Assembly: GCA_029717555.1 (NCBI GenBank)
Contig: JAMDHS010000046.1
Location: forward strand, 1-64,000
Source: Peribolospora baueri
Taxonomy: Eukaryota
DNA: 64,000 bases
Reading direction: 5' to 3'
Shown here piece by piece: positions 37,224 through 49,853 of this stretch (the first letter of the stretch is position 1; every line of letters starts with the position of its first letter). The notes beneath the pieces were generated by a model. The model was given only the letters and a program-made list of their open reading frames with translations, did no database searches and was not told the DNA's origin. The translations under genes were made by a program, and so were the position numbers.

Positions 37224-37828
37224 GAGGGCGGCCCCCCGTTGTTCGTTTGCGTCCGTGAGGTGCTGTTGTCCCGCATAGAAAGCATCTCGTGTTCGTCGTC
37301 AAATCCGATCCCGATAAGTAGGAGGCGTGAATGAACATGAATGAAGATGAATGTGACCGACGACGCCTTGCTGACGTTGGATAGCGTGTGATGTGATCCT
37401 TTTTGCGGGGCCAACTCGATCGACTGCATTGACGACGCTCCGAAATAAGAATAAGAGCGGCGGCGGCGACAACGGCGACGACGACGATGACGACGACGTT
37501 GTCTGTAACCTTGTCTATAAACAACGGCAACGGCAACCGCAACCGCAATATCACCATGGCCACGACCTAAGACGACGACCACGGCAGGCGGGGCTCACCT
37601 TTGTCGTCCTCGGCTCACATCGGCGGACGACGTGATTAATTTAGTTAATGCATTACCAAGAGCATTAATATTTTTGGTATCTAATTCATAATAATGTTTA
37701 GTTTGGTGGCTCTGCCCAGTAGGAATATAGTAAACGAATATCCACGATACTGCGAGGTGGGTTTCCGAAGTTCAAAGAGAAGGGATAAATTTACTGCGTT
37801 TCCTGAATTATCTTCTTCCCGTTTTCAG

Positions 37829-38156
37829 ATCCTCGACCTCACAGGCGTGTGGTTACACGCTGCTAGTTTCGAAAGATTTTGTTGGGATCCAGTTGGAAAA
37901 GACCCATTTCCGGGGTCGCCTTTGTCATCACCTCCTCCGGAAGGAGGTGAGCGGGCTGTGCACTTCAGAGAGGAGCATCTCGGAGAGTCGGAACAGACGT
38001 ATCAAGACATGGAAGACGTGATGCTCCAAGAGCCGCTCATCAGGCCAATCACCCAGACCCTCCTCCTAGACGACACGTCAGTTGGCGATGACGCTCTCAA
38101 GCTCTCCCCTTGTCGCGAACTCAGGGTCCTTAGCTTGGCCAGGACCAAAGTGACAG
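37829..38156 (+). pseudogene. Isolated exon encoding leucine-rich-repeat-like sequence
   Basis: AG/GT-bounded segment reading ILDLTGVWL...TLLLDDTSVGDDALKLSPCRELRVLSLARTKVT. No matching upstream or downstream exons were seen. Confidence 0.45.
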
Positions 38157-38238
38157 GTGCTCGTCCTTCTTTCTCTCACACCGACCTCGTCCTCGACCCA
38201 ACCCTACACCCTTTCTCATCCCACTTCCTCCCCCCTCC

Positions 38239-39390
38239 ATGGCTCAGCCCGCCTCCACCGCCACGCCGTCCCTCGCGGCGGCCCCCACCTTCTCCCTCGC
38301 CCCCATCGACGTCACCGATGTACCACGCCCCGGCACCGAGGACTATGCCGCCTTCCTCAACCGCTACTTCGACACCGCCCAGTCCATCGTCGACTCGGTG
38401 CCCAGCTGGAAAAAGGGCAAGGTCTACGGCAATCACCACCTCCAGACCCAGACCTACGACAACGGCAGGGAGGGCAAGTTTGGCTGGCACGCCAGGGAGA
38501 GCAGGCTCGACTCGGGACAGGACGACACGTTGGGCTATGACAACTTCAGACATATCTTCATGGTCGGTTATACGTATTGTCAGGAGCAGTATATCGAGTC
38601 GCTCACCGAAGTCAAGTGCTTGGAGAAGGTCGAGGAAGGCGTCGCCGAGAGTCAGTCTCCTCCTTTCTTTCTCCTTTCTCCTTTCTCCCTTTGCCTTGTT
38701 CCCTTCGCCTCACTCCCTCTCCTCCCTTCCTCCCACCCCACTCGCACGCAGTCTGGCTCCTCTCCTACACCTTCCCCCGACCCGTCTCTCCGCGCAACTT
38801 TGTCCAACGCATTCTCTCCTACGCCTTCCCCCGACCCGTCTCTCCGCGCAACTTTGTCCAACTCATTCTCACCCGCGAGACCTCGCCCACCCCAGAGCGC
38901 CTGGGTGCCTTCCTCATCGTCTCTGTCCCCATTCACCATCCCTCCGCCACTAAGCCGAAAAGGAGGCGGCAGATCAAGCGCGCGTATGCGAGCGTGGAGG
39001 AGGTTCGTGAGGTCACCACCGAGGACGGCAGGAAGGGCATCCAGTGGAGGTGAGTCGACCCGCACGACGAAAGCCATAGCTGAAGGAACGCTCGCTCCAA
39101 CCCCGCCTTTTTCTTTTCTTTCCCTCTCTCTGTCTCGCCTGTCACATCAAAGAGCGGCCACCATCTCCAAGCCTGCCGGCTGGATTCCAGCTTTCCTCTC
39201 CGAAGGTAAAGATGTGACAGCGCTTCGAAGAGTCCACGCTCCGACTCACCCCCTTTCGCAGATGAACTGAACTCATGCTTCGCTCTCTTCTCCATCGTTT
39301 TAAATAAAAAACCAAGACGTCAGCTCCTTACTCTGGCGCTTCCATTTCATAGTTCCCCGAGCCTCACATTACCTGAAATCACCTGAACAC
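38239..39390 (+). CDS. DUF3074-like (START/SRPBCC-type) protein, possibly degenerate
   Basis: WHARES, EQYIESL, YTFPRPVSPRNFVQLI, FLIVSVP, YASVEEV, QWR and PAGWIP motifs. Contains an internal 54-bp duplication; the last exon is unclear. Confidence 0.65.
38760..38867 (+). repeat. 54-bp tandem duplication in coding sequence
   Basis: 38760-38813 and 38814-38867 differ at 2 positions (LSYTFPRPVSPRNFVQRI / LSYAFPRPVSPRNFVQLI). Confidence 0.95.
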
Positions 39391-39512
39391 GTATCGGTCT
39401 GTAAATGGTGCAGTCCGAACACAGTCTGTAATGGTACAATCTGAACCGTCTCGACGGTCCCGCTTCTTCGGTCCGCTCTTTGGACTCCAGATGATCCGAT
39501 CTGATCTGGCCT

Positions 39513-42500
39513 TCATCGAGCCCATCGAGGAGGTGGAGCTCCTCCGCCTCGAGGAGGAGGAGGAAGGTTTCCTCGAGGAGGAGGAAGCCCCCCTCCTCCT
39601 CTGCTTGCTCTCTGCCCTCCTCCGTGCCCTCCGTATCCGCCTCCGCTCGCACCTCCTCTGCTCCCATACCCTCCGCTTCTCCCAGCCTCGTCGTAACCTC
39701 CATACCCTCCGTAACCGCCATACGAGACTCCTCCGCCTGAATGCCCTCCGGCCGCGCCGCCGCCGCCGTATCCCCCATACGCACCACCGCCTCCCGACGA
39801 CCGGCTCGTCGCCCCTCCATAGCCTCCATAGCCTCCGTAGCCTCCCCCTCTGCTCCCGCTCGTCCCACCCCCATAGGCGCCGCCACCATATCCTCCACTA
39901 CCCCCGTACCCTCCGTACGAGCTGCCGCTCGAGCTTCCGTAGCCACCATACCCCCCACCGCCGCCACCGCCACCGTACCCTCCTCCATATTCCCTTCCTC
40001 CTGACGAGCGACTCGCGCCGTTATAGCCTCCATGGCCTCCATGGCCTCCATAGCCTCCCCCTCCACCTCCCCCTCCACCGTATCCTCCACTACCGCCGTA
40101 ACCCGCATACGGACCTCCTCCCGATGACCGGCTTCCGCCTCCATAGCCTCCTCCATAATCACCGTGACCTCTGTAAGGACCACCTCCCGCTTCACTGCCG
40201 TATCTCCCGCCACCGCCGCCGCCGTACCCTCCGTACGCCCCTCCTCCAGGTGGCCGACTCATGGCGCCCCCCCGACCGCCCATCCCCGGTCCGCCGCCTC
40301 TCCCTCGACCCCTACCGCGCTCGCCACCACCCCTGCGCACCCAATCTCGGTCGCCCTCTGTGAGCATGCGCTTGGGCAGCCGAACGCCGCGCAACAACAC
40401 GCTTCTGTGCGGCGTCTTTTGGCGAGGGAAGAAGTAGAGCACCGAGAGCGAGCGGTCGTTACGGATGTCCTGGAGATCCTGCGAAGTCAGCGGGGACGTA
40501 AACGTCGAGCCGGGCACGCAGACTGGGTCTGCGAGCACCTCGCCCGTGATACCGCCGCTGCGTTCCGGATCGAGGGGGATCCGCTGGCCAGATGGTGATG
40601 AGTGAATGGATCGCTCCGTCAGTGGATGCCCTCTTGGTCAGCGAACAGCCACGCCAAACAAGACTCACTTCCGAGCTCTTGCGCTTGGTGTACAACCCAC
40701 AAAGGAGGTCGTACAGCTTGTGCTCCTCGCTGACAAAGAGCGTGTGATTGCCAAACATATTCCTCCGCACCTCGTCCTCCGTCAGTTCCTCGTACTTGGG
40801 CAGCAGGGCGGTCAAAAGCCTCTTCTCGTCGATGAACGGCAAGAGCGCGACGCCTTGCCAGGCCATCTTCTTCCCATTCATGTCGATCTCAAACTCGGTC
40901 GGGTAAAAGTCGATGATCTCCGAGTCGTCATCCATCATCAGAGGCCTCAGCACCGGCGGGATGCTGGCCCGACTGGCGGCGGGAAGGACGCCCATGAGCT
41001 GCTCGAATGGCTTGAAAGGTGAACCGAGCTTGAAGGTGATATCAAGCGAAGCGATGTCGGTGAAGTCGGCGGCAAACGGCGAGAAGTGGTAAGGGTAATA
41101 CCACTGCCACGAAGGACAACCCTGGTAGTAGTAGGCCAACACCCAGCAGAGACCCTCCATGTACGATTTTACAATCGCGCGCCGAGCCTCGGTGTCGCTG
41201 AGGTCCAGCCCGAATTTTTGTTGGTAGTACCGCTCCTTGTAGCCCGGCTCCCAGAGTCTGCCGATGGGAGAGAAATGGTGAGAAAGCGGGAACGGTCAGC
41301 TCGATTCGTACCTCGCCGCGTACTTTCACCTGGGAACATGCCACTCACTTGACGGTGTCCACGTAATCGACCGTGCCATCAGCATTGATCTTTCTCGTAA
41401 GTTTAGCAGCTGCAAAGCTCTTATCGGCTGCATCTTCGTCCTCCTCCTCTTCCTCCTCCTCCCCTTCCGCTTCCTCGTCCCCACCGGGCGTGACGTCGTC
41501 GTGCTTCCGCTTGACGCCGTGAGAGCCCTGCCCATCGTCGTCTTGCGCCTCCTCTTCGGCCGCCTTGGGCTTCTCAGGTGCATCGCTCTTTCCGATACCG
41601 TCAACGTCGTCGGAGACGTTCTCGGAGCCGCCGTGCACACCTGCACCCTTGCCGTCCGCATTGGCGTCGTCATCGAGTTTCTCCTCGACGCTCTGAGGTG
41701 CGTTCTCTTCAACAACGGTAGAAGCCTGACTGGAAGCTACGCCGTTGTCTTTGGCATCGACATCGCCTTTGGCGCCGTCACCTTCGCTCATAAGCTCATC
41801 TCTGAGCCGATCAGCAGCGCTCTGGTTTGCACCATCGACGTCGAGATCATCTCTGAGCCGATCAGCAGCGCTCTGGTTTGCACCATCAACGTCGAGCACC
41901 TTGTGCTCCAATTCTTGTGCTTTCCTTGCATCGCTCTCCAATTTGCGCCGTTTCGAGGCCGCGTCTTGACGCTCTTCGGCTGCGATCGTTGGAGAGCAAA
42001 GACAGAACGAACGCGGGAGGTCAGGTACCGGCACAGAAGCGAGCGATGATCGCAAGAATCCACAAGGCCCTCGAGGGAAACTCACCTTCTCTCCTCCTTC
42101 GAAAGATATCGTCCTCCTCCTTAGCCAGCCCATCCAGAATCAACTGCGCCCTGGCCAGCTCTACCTTACCATGTCTGGTGAGATACCCTCCCATGCGCGC
42201 CAATTCCCTCTTCCAAATTTTGACAAGGAGGTCGATCGCTCCCTCTCGGATCTCCAGACTGGGAAGGTGGGGCAGGAAGTCGTTTCCGACGAAGAAGATG
42301 AGGAACACCCAGTCGTCGATTGCCCGTTCAAGGTCCGACGGGAAGGGCAGACCAGGGACGTCGAGCTCCACCTCGAGATATTCGCGCAAAATGCAGACGT
42401 CAAGGAAGATGAAGGGTTTCTTCTCTGGTGCACCTTTTTGGGCGACATCATGCTCATCAACTTTATTCTTTTTCTCGCCTGGTCGGGAGCAAGATGAACA

Positions 42501-43895
42501 ATCGAGCCCAGGAGAAATGGGTGAGCGAGACATTCCCAACGAGAAACAAACGATTAGAGCTGAGCTGCCAGAGTCCTAAACCCACCAGTGCATTCAGCAG
42601 CGAAGTGCCCAACCTGCCCGCAGATGCGACAACCTTTATTTTTGGCGTCCTGGGCGAACACGTCCTCACGGAGGACTTTGAAGTGGGGCTCATGAGTGGC
42701 GAGGGAAAGCATGATCAGGTCGGCATCCTGTGGTCGTGTTCCGCCAAGGGAGAGTTCAAGGGAAGAGACAAGGATTGCTTAGTAAAGTGTATGAAGAACA
42801 AGGACTCGTAAGCCTTCACGGCATACGAAGGAATACACTCACGAGACCATAGATGACATGCTTGGTGTTGGGGTCATGCTCTGGATGACTGCGTTGTCGG
42901 CGGATGTGCTCCATGATCTTGTGCTCTCCCTCTCCCGGCACGCTGGCGTCAGACAAGATAACTTGTATCTGTGGGGTACAACAATCCGAGATGAAAAGAT
43001 ACAAGGAACGTGAGCCATCTGCGACGGGGAATTCGGGGCCTCTACAGCGCAAGAAGGCCGGCGCGTACACTAACGTTTTTCCACCCGGGATCATCATTAA
43101 GCTTTTGAGCAACCCAATATCTCAAACTTGCCGCCAAAAGGTCCATAAACGGCGTTCCAGGCGTGATGGCGTTACTGTCCCAACTCTTCTTTCCAGTGTT
43201 TGGGTCTTTGAGCTCCTTTCCCATAGCCTTCCACTCCTCCAACGCAGCCTCCATCTCATGAGCCTTGATCTCCGCCTCTTGGGCCGAACGAAAACGTCGA
43301 GACCGTTGCTGGTTCATCTTAGCTCGCGGTGCTACACCGTCGATGGCCATGAAGAGAAGTTTGCGAGGGCGAATCATGTTCACGACGCGCTCAGTGTACT
43401 TGAACACTTCTACCATCATCTCTTCTTCCGTCTCTGGGGCAGGCTGCGAGAGGTGAAGGATGGAGTGAGATGAAGGAAAGCGCTTAGCGATTTCTGAACA
43501 AGACTGGGAGTTGCGACGACATCACGCCACCAGCCCGTCCCGATCGAGATCGGCGAGCCGAGAAAACACTCACCTTTCCCTCAGGGTGCGTACAAGGATG
43601 TACGATACCATTCATGTCAAGGTAAAGACAGTCGAACTCCTCCCCATTTGGATTAGGCCTCGAAATGTCCACGGGTAGCTCCGTCTCCGTCCCATCTCGT
43701 TCCGGGACCTTAACGGGCTCCTCCTCGGCCACCGAAGCAACGATCCGAGGGTATTTCTTCGAGAGCCATCTGAACAAAGCGGGAACACCCTATCAGGAGA
43801 AAGGTGGAGGAAAAGACAGATGAAGGCGATCAGTTTTGTCCTTTCGTCTCAACTCGCCTCGTATCATGCGGAGCTCAGAACTAGAAACTGACCAT
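39513..43895 (-). CDS. RAT1: 5'-3' exoribonuclease 2
   Basis: [63 protein letters not shown], Zn knuckle [33 protein letters not shown], and a long Gly/Tyr-rich tail. Confidence 0.97.
41796..41896 (-). repeat. 51-bp tandem duplication within XRN2/RAT1 linker
   Basis: [34 protein letters not shown]; near-identical DNA units start at 41796 and 41847. Confidence 0.95.
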
Positions 43896-44276
43896 GATGA
43901 AAGCGCCGAAATAACGCGCTTTGACGGATCTCCTTGCCGCCTTGACGACCTATAGCCTTCGATCAAACTAGTGATGGAAAGATGGATGGACGGAGGACAG
44001 CGAATGATTGAAATTCCTTGCGGAGACCGCGACACCGTTCCCAAAGCCTCGTAGCTGCGGCAATCATACCACGTGACCGTTGACAGACCGATGCCGGACA
44101 TGGGATCAGTGATCGAGAGGAAGCCAATGAGGCCTACTTTGTACCTCCAGCCATCCCCTTCCCCCAGCACACAAGTAGAGGACTAACTGTGCTGTGGACG
44201 AGGATCCTCGCAGCTTTCGCATCTCTTCTCCCTCTTTGACCTCTCTCTCGTACGCATCTCCCTCCGAAGCTCAAGC

Positions 44277-45581
44277 ATGTCCACCCAAAGCTCCCCGATG
44301 GAGAGCCGCAATCGCCCAGGCCACCTCTCTGAAGAGACGGCTTCGGAGGGTAACGCCCGATATGCTGCCTACGCTATGCGATTGCGAACACTTATCAAAG
44401 CAACTAGTCGGTGAGCTGCAGTATTCGAATATAAAATGGAATCGTGCACTCAGACCGCGAGGGCTTGCAAAAGTCGATTTCAGTCCGAGCTTACGCTTGC
44501 TCACTACCCTCCGTCGTTATCCTTTCATCTCATTTTCTTCTTTTTCCCTCTCTCCCTTCTCCCTATTTTCTACCTCTCTCCCTTCCCCCCTTCCCCCCCA
44601 GCTATCTTGCATATACCTCCGACGTGGGCGAAGCCTTCCGTCCGCTTACGCACCCCAATGTCGTTCGAGGTGCTTACGCGGTATCCTGGGCATACCTCAT
44701 CGGCGATGGTAAGTCCTTCTCTCTCTAGAAGACCTCAGTGTTTTTTTCTTCTTTGGCTCTTTCTCTCAAGCTTAGCACGTCCATTCTACCTGTGCACCCA
44801 CCTCTGTCCCTTTTTATATCGCAGTTAGCTACGCCGGCTACATGGCTCGAAAGGCGCCATTAGGCCGGCAGGAGACGGAGCGAGGCTTCTCGGAGAATGA
44901 GCGTATCGCCTTGGTTGTAACCAAACGCGCACTCTTCCAGGGTGTCGCGAGCATGGCGTTGCCTGCCTTTACAATCCATTCGGTGCGTCGAGAGGTTGGC
45001 TTCTTTTGGAGTGGAAGCGGAGGCGAGAGGGGAGGAGATGTGGGCAGAGGAGTGCCTGTCATGTGAATGCGGGGAAGAACGTTTCTTTGACGGCTTCTTC
45101 TTTTATTTCGAATCCTTAATATACGGACTCACGTCGACCTTTGCCCTTCCTTCCTTCCTCCCTCTTCAGATCGTCAAATATTCTGCGCCCCTCTTCGAGA
45201 AAGTAAAGAGCACGCGCGTACGGTCTGTTGGACCCACTGCTGCCGGATTGTTGGTCGTGCCATTTTTGCCGTACATGTAGGTCGAGCTGTCCTCCCCGGC
45301 TCAGTTCGACTCGGATGGGACACTGGATGCAGCGGACCTGACCATGCGATTGATCTCCTTTCATCAATTTCGCTCTCACCATTTCCCCCATCCCCCACAG
45401 GTTCGACCACCCCGTAGAAGTAGCCGTCGAACGGGCCTTTGATTGGATTGAAGATCGACTGGCCGAGAGCAAACAGAAGCGCGGAGCTCTCAATGCTGCT
45501 CAGAAGAGCCGAACAGCCGTGGACGACGGACCAGAAGAGAGTCCGGACGCGAAGGCTGGCAGGAGGGAGAAGGATCTTTGA
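44277..45581 (+). CDS. MTP18: Mitochondrial fission process protein 1 (MTP18/MTFP1)
   Basis: RYAAYAMRLRT, YLAYTSDVGEAFRP, AYAVSWAYLIGD, FQGVASMALPAFTIHS and PFLPYM|FDHPVE. Confidence 0.92.
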
Positions 45582-46005
45582 TAATAGAACTAAGCTGGGC
45601 TCGGATGGCGAGATTAAGGTGGTCTTATCTCTCTCTTTCTTACCCCCCGCATTTGCTACTTTTGATTTGACGACTCGGTGCTGGTGTTGGCTATTCCTTC
45701 GCAATTGTATGGCACTTCCTCTGTACACGTGTATGTAGGCGTCCAAGCTGATGAATACAGCAACATGGAGACGAGCATGCATCACCTTGTCCTATGACGG
45801 GATGGGTCTGTCCCTCTGGCAATCATCACGCCTCCGATCGATTACACGTGATCGCACATGGAACGAACGTCAGGACGCCCATCGACCTCCTCTATCGTGA
45901 ACTAACACAATCGACCATTCTCCTCCCCGCTCGCTCGCGTGAGGCCCCTGCACGCCCGTGCGCACGGGATTACCGGTGCAGTGTTGACCAGCCTCTGCGT
46001 ACACA

Positions 46006-49000
46006 ATGCCCTCAGACTGGCTGGCGCGGCGAGTGCGCTCGCTCCGCCAGACGCCCGGCCTGGAGGACTTCGACCGCGCCATCTTCCTGTCCGTTTTGCT
46101 CTGCCTCGTCGTCGGAGAGCGACATTTGCTCCTGAGGACTTATGATAAAGACATTGAGCGTGTTGCGTTGGAGGCCGGGAGGGTGAGTGGCTTTCAGCTC
46201 GGTTTCCGGCTCACCTTCAAACGCTTTCTTCTGTGACTTGCCTCCCTCATCCTCATCTCCTTTGCAGGTTTGCTCCGCCATCTTCGGTCTGGCTACCCAC
46301 GTTGCACCTCCGTGCGAAAGGCCGAACACCACGTCTGACTTTGTGCGCAACATGTTCCTGCTCCCCGCCCCTGCTTCCCGTCGCGTCACATCTCCCCCCA
46401 CCAATGTCGCACCACACGAGGAGCAGGAGGGCTTAGTGAGGAGGGAAGAGAGGACAGGACGCGAGTTGGCTCTTTCCGACCCATTTGCGGACACGGCTTC
46501 GGGCGCTGTCTGCTCCAACTCGTCTCAAACGTCCAAGCTCTTACCGGATACGGCGAGGAACCTTTCTCGCCGCGTGTCTGCGCCTGCAGATTCGAGTGGC
46601 CGCCCTGCTTCAAGCGTACCACATTTGACCGTTGCCGTGCCGCCTGTTGTTCCCTTCGGAGCTCATCAACAACCCTCCTTTACTTCGTCTCCGTTTGTTT
46701 CTTCCCCTGTCTCCTTGGACCTCTCCGGTGCTTCCTCCTCTTTCTTCCCTGACGACGCAGCGGCTGGGACCAGCGGTGACGGCGGAGACCGAATGAGCAG
46801 TAGCCGCCTTCCGTCTTCCGTGTCCAATTCCAAATCCACCGTCCCTTCTTTTCTCGGCCTCGGACAATCGAGGTCCAGCAGCCTCGCTTCCGCCGCGACC
46901 AGCCCAACCGTCCTTGGAGGAGGAGGGAAGAACAGCCTCACAAACAGTCGGAGGACGAGTCCCGCCCTTAGCCGAGCTGGCACTTTCATGGGTCCCCTGC
47001 CGGACTTGGATGTTGAGGATGGCGGAGAGAGGATGGATGGGAGGGGAGCGAGGAGGAGGAGACGGGCGCGTAGCGCTTCTTCATATTACTCGTTCAAGAC
47101 GGCCACGAGCGGATCTTCTTTGTCCGACTCTGATCGTCCTTCCTCGGACGATGATGAGTATGGGAGCGCAAGTCCTTGGGGAAAAAACGAAGAATCCGAG
47201 GGCGAAGGCGAAAACGATCGCCAGTCGGGAAGGCGAGACCGTAAGCCCTCTCGCGCACGAGGCTCCGGTCCAGCGCTGAGGAGGAGGGAGCGAGAGATCT
47301 GGGCGGAAGCCTCCGAGGACGGATGGGCGACTCGGAAGGACGACGCCGAGTTGCAGAGAAACCAGCCGGGTATGGCCCCCGCCAACACCGGTCGACCTTC
47401 CCTCTCTCCCTCGCACACCCTTAGCAAAGGCGAACAAGAGCTCACTTCAACGCATCAGGGCCGGAGTACAGACTTGGGGCCGCATTCGCCGTCTTCTTTC
47501 GAGAATTTGCTCAATTCTCCGGTCGCGCAATCTCATTCTCAATCCCAAGTGGTCGCCAACAGGATGCCCGAGCCGAGCCGTTCCAGCACGCAACCTGCGC
47601 CTGTTCCACCGCGTTTCAACTATCGACATGCCACCGCCATTGAGCCTACCCAGGACCACGCCGCTGAGTCGGGCAATGGTTCCCGTCCGATCTCCGAATC
47701 TGAGCTGTCTTCCTCTTCCGATGATGACCTGCCCCAAACACAGTCACACCGCCTCCCTCAAGCTCTAATCCTCCCCAATCTCACCGAACCCCACTGTCCG
47801 CCGAGTGCCCAGCACGGCCTGCTCTCCATCCTTCGTTCTGGACAAGTCACAGTGGAGGAGGCAATGAGTGTGAAGGAGGCTGTGGAAATCATTGAAAAGT
47901 TTGGCGCGTTGGAGAGCGCAGAGGGGTTCGGGAGGGCAAAGATGCCTGCTGCCGTCGATGATGTGGCAGGTGGTGTCCGTCGAGGTGCTTCCGGGAAGAT
48001 CGGAAAAAGAAAAGCGACGTTTTCCGCCACCAGGGATCTCTTCGGCTTAAGAGGCAATCAAGGCGGCGATGGCGCGGAGACGAGTGGGCATGACGGTAGC
48101 AGAAGGAGGCGGCGACGCGACGCGGACGATGGGGGGAACAGTCGGGTGAGCGATCCTCGTGACGAAATCAAAAGACGAGCGAGGAGGCTTCTCGCTCGGG
48201 CAGCGCGGGTGGAGGCGGAGGAGAGGCGAGCGCAAGAAAGCGGTCAGGCAGGTCAGGGTCCCAACAGCGTGGATGAGGAAGAAGAGGAGGAACTGGCAGC
48301 GCTGAAGATGAGCGTACCTGAGGGCACTTATAACTTGCCGGATGGATTTATGCTTATTGCCGTCGTCGGTGGGGAGGGGAAGGAGGATAGCGGAAAGCAG
48401 CGCTTGCCTATGGAGAGATACTTGGTGAGTGTTATCCGGTCTTTCGCCCACGTCCCTTCGCCGCTGTGGGCCTCTCATCGTTTCCTGACCACGCTTCTCG
48501 TTCCTCCGTCGCGTCGTTGCCATGATCTCGCTCTCATTCTCCAGCTTGACCGCTTTTCCATCTTTTGCACCGTCGACCTGACGCAAACTGCGGAGTCGGA
48601 ACTCGACTCGCGGTCCGAAGCAGAGTCCGAAGACGAGGTATTGGAAAGAGATGCGCGTAGCGACAACAGTTCGACCACCACCAGCAGGGCGAGGCGGACG
48701 CCGGCGCGGCTGCAAGCCTCTGACGACGATATACCAAAAGCGGTTGACCGATTCGGCTGGAAGGTGAGCGGAATGCTTTGACGGATATCGTTCCTCCTCG
48801 CTGTCATCTCCCACAGTAACTGACTCGTTCGCTCCATTGCATTACTGTCTTCAGCATCTGCGCGCTCTACGCGCCCTCAGCGATAAGACGTACATCGCCC
48901 CACGCCTTCATGTCTATCTCTCCGATCTCACCTCCAACATCCGCCACCACCCCCGCATTGACGGCTGCATGCTCACCAGTCGTGCTAGGAAGGAGCTGGA

Positions 49001-49559
49001 AGCTTTCACAAAAGCTTATGCCGCTCTCATGGAGTATTCGCCACTGCCTGACGATGATGCACCCTCTGTCGGTGCGGTCGTGCGCTCTCATGGGACTGGC
49101 AGTCGGGGCCAAGGAGTGAGCCCAAGCACAGCAGCTGGTCACCCTCTCATGGACGATGTCAACGCCGATGATAAGCGACGTCTGCTCGCAGCCGCCCCTT
49201 CCTCTCCTTCGCTTCCTTGGCAGATCCTGTCTGACCACCTGCCCACGCCTCCGGCAAGTCCCAAGCCAGGAGCAGTTGCGACAGTGCATGTGCGTCCAGT
49301 CGCTGCGGAGTCCACACCTGCACCGACCGCTCCGTACGCCACGCCTTCCCACGCCGCACGCGTCCTTTCGAGGGTGTACGCTCACCGGGTCAAGATGCGC
49401 GATGGGCCCTGGGATGAGGTAATGGGCGCGCTTTGCGGTCCGCCATGGGCTTGGTGGGACGATCAGGATCGCAAAGTCGGTGTCAGCGTGCGGCCTGTTG
49501 CCGACTATGGAGATGAGACGGTGGCGGACGTGCTGCTCGATATAATAAATCGGATTTAG
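46006..49559 (+). CDS. Uncharacterised protein with degenerate MoxR/chelatase-like AAA+ elements and large disordered insert
   Basis: LLCLVVGERHLLLRT; LPQALILPNL...QHGLLSILRSGQVTV; YNLPDGFMLIAV; YL|LDRFS; lid-like YLSDLTSNIRHH...TSRARKEL...TPSHAARVLSRVYAHRV; C-terminal TVADVLLDIINRI. Confidence 0.65.
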
Positions 49560-49853
49560 ACTGTGTGATTTTGTGCGCACCTTTTCTTTCGTCCTTCGTC
49601 TTTATTTGCTTCCTCACACTTCGGTTGTATGTCTATGTACACGTAGTAATGTCGTGAATAATGCAGTCTTCAGTGCGGCGGAGGTGAGGACGCCACCACG
49701 ACCAGGCTTTTTCTTTTTCTTTTTCGATTAGGTGAACAACTATGACGGTCGAGCAGGGCGTGTCGCCTTCAAGGAACACGTACTCCATCGCAATATGGTA
49801 TGTCCAGAGTTACAAAACATGAAGAAAAGAATGACATCGATGTCGAGCCCGTT

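Noticed and set aside
37440..37560. GAC/GGC/CAA-type trinucleotide runs
   Set aside because: Short imperfect microsatellites in a 3' flank, common throughout this window.
37694..38953. 419-aa ORF as one protein
   Set aside because: Only the LRR-like exon looks coding in this frame; the rest is out of frame over the DUF3074-like gene.
39347..40363. Long ORFs 39347-40213 (-) and 39431-40363 (+)
   Set aside because: These are alternative-frame and antisense shadows of the repetitive Gly-rich RAT1 tail.
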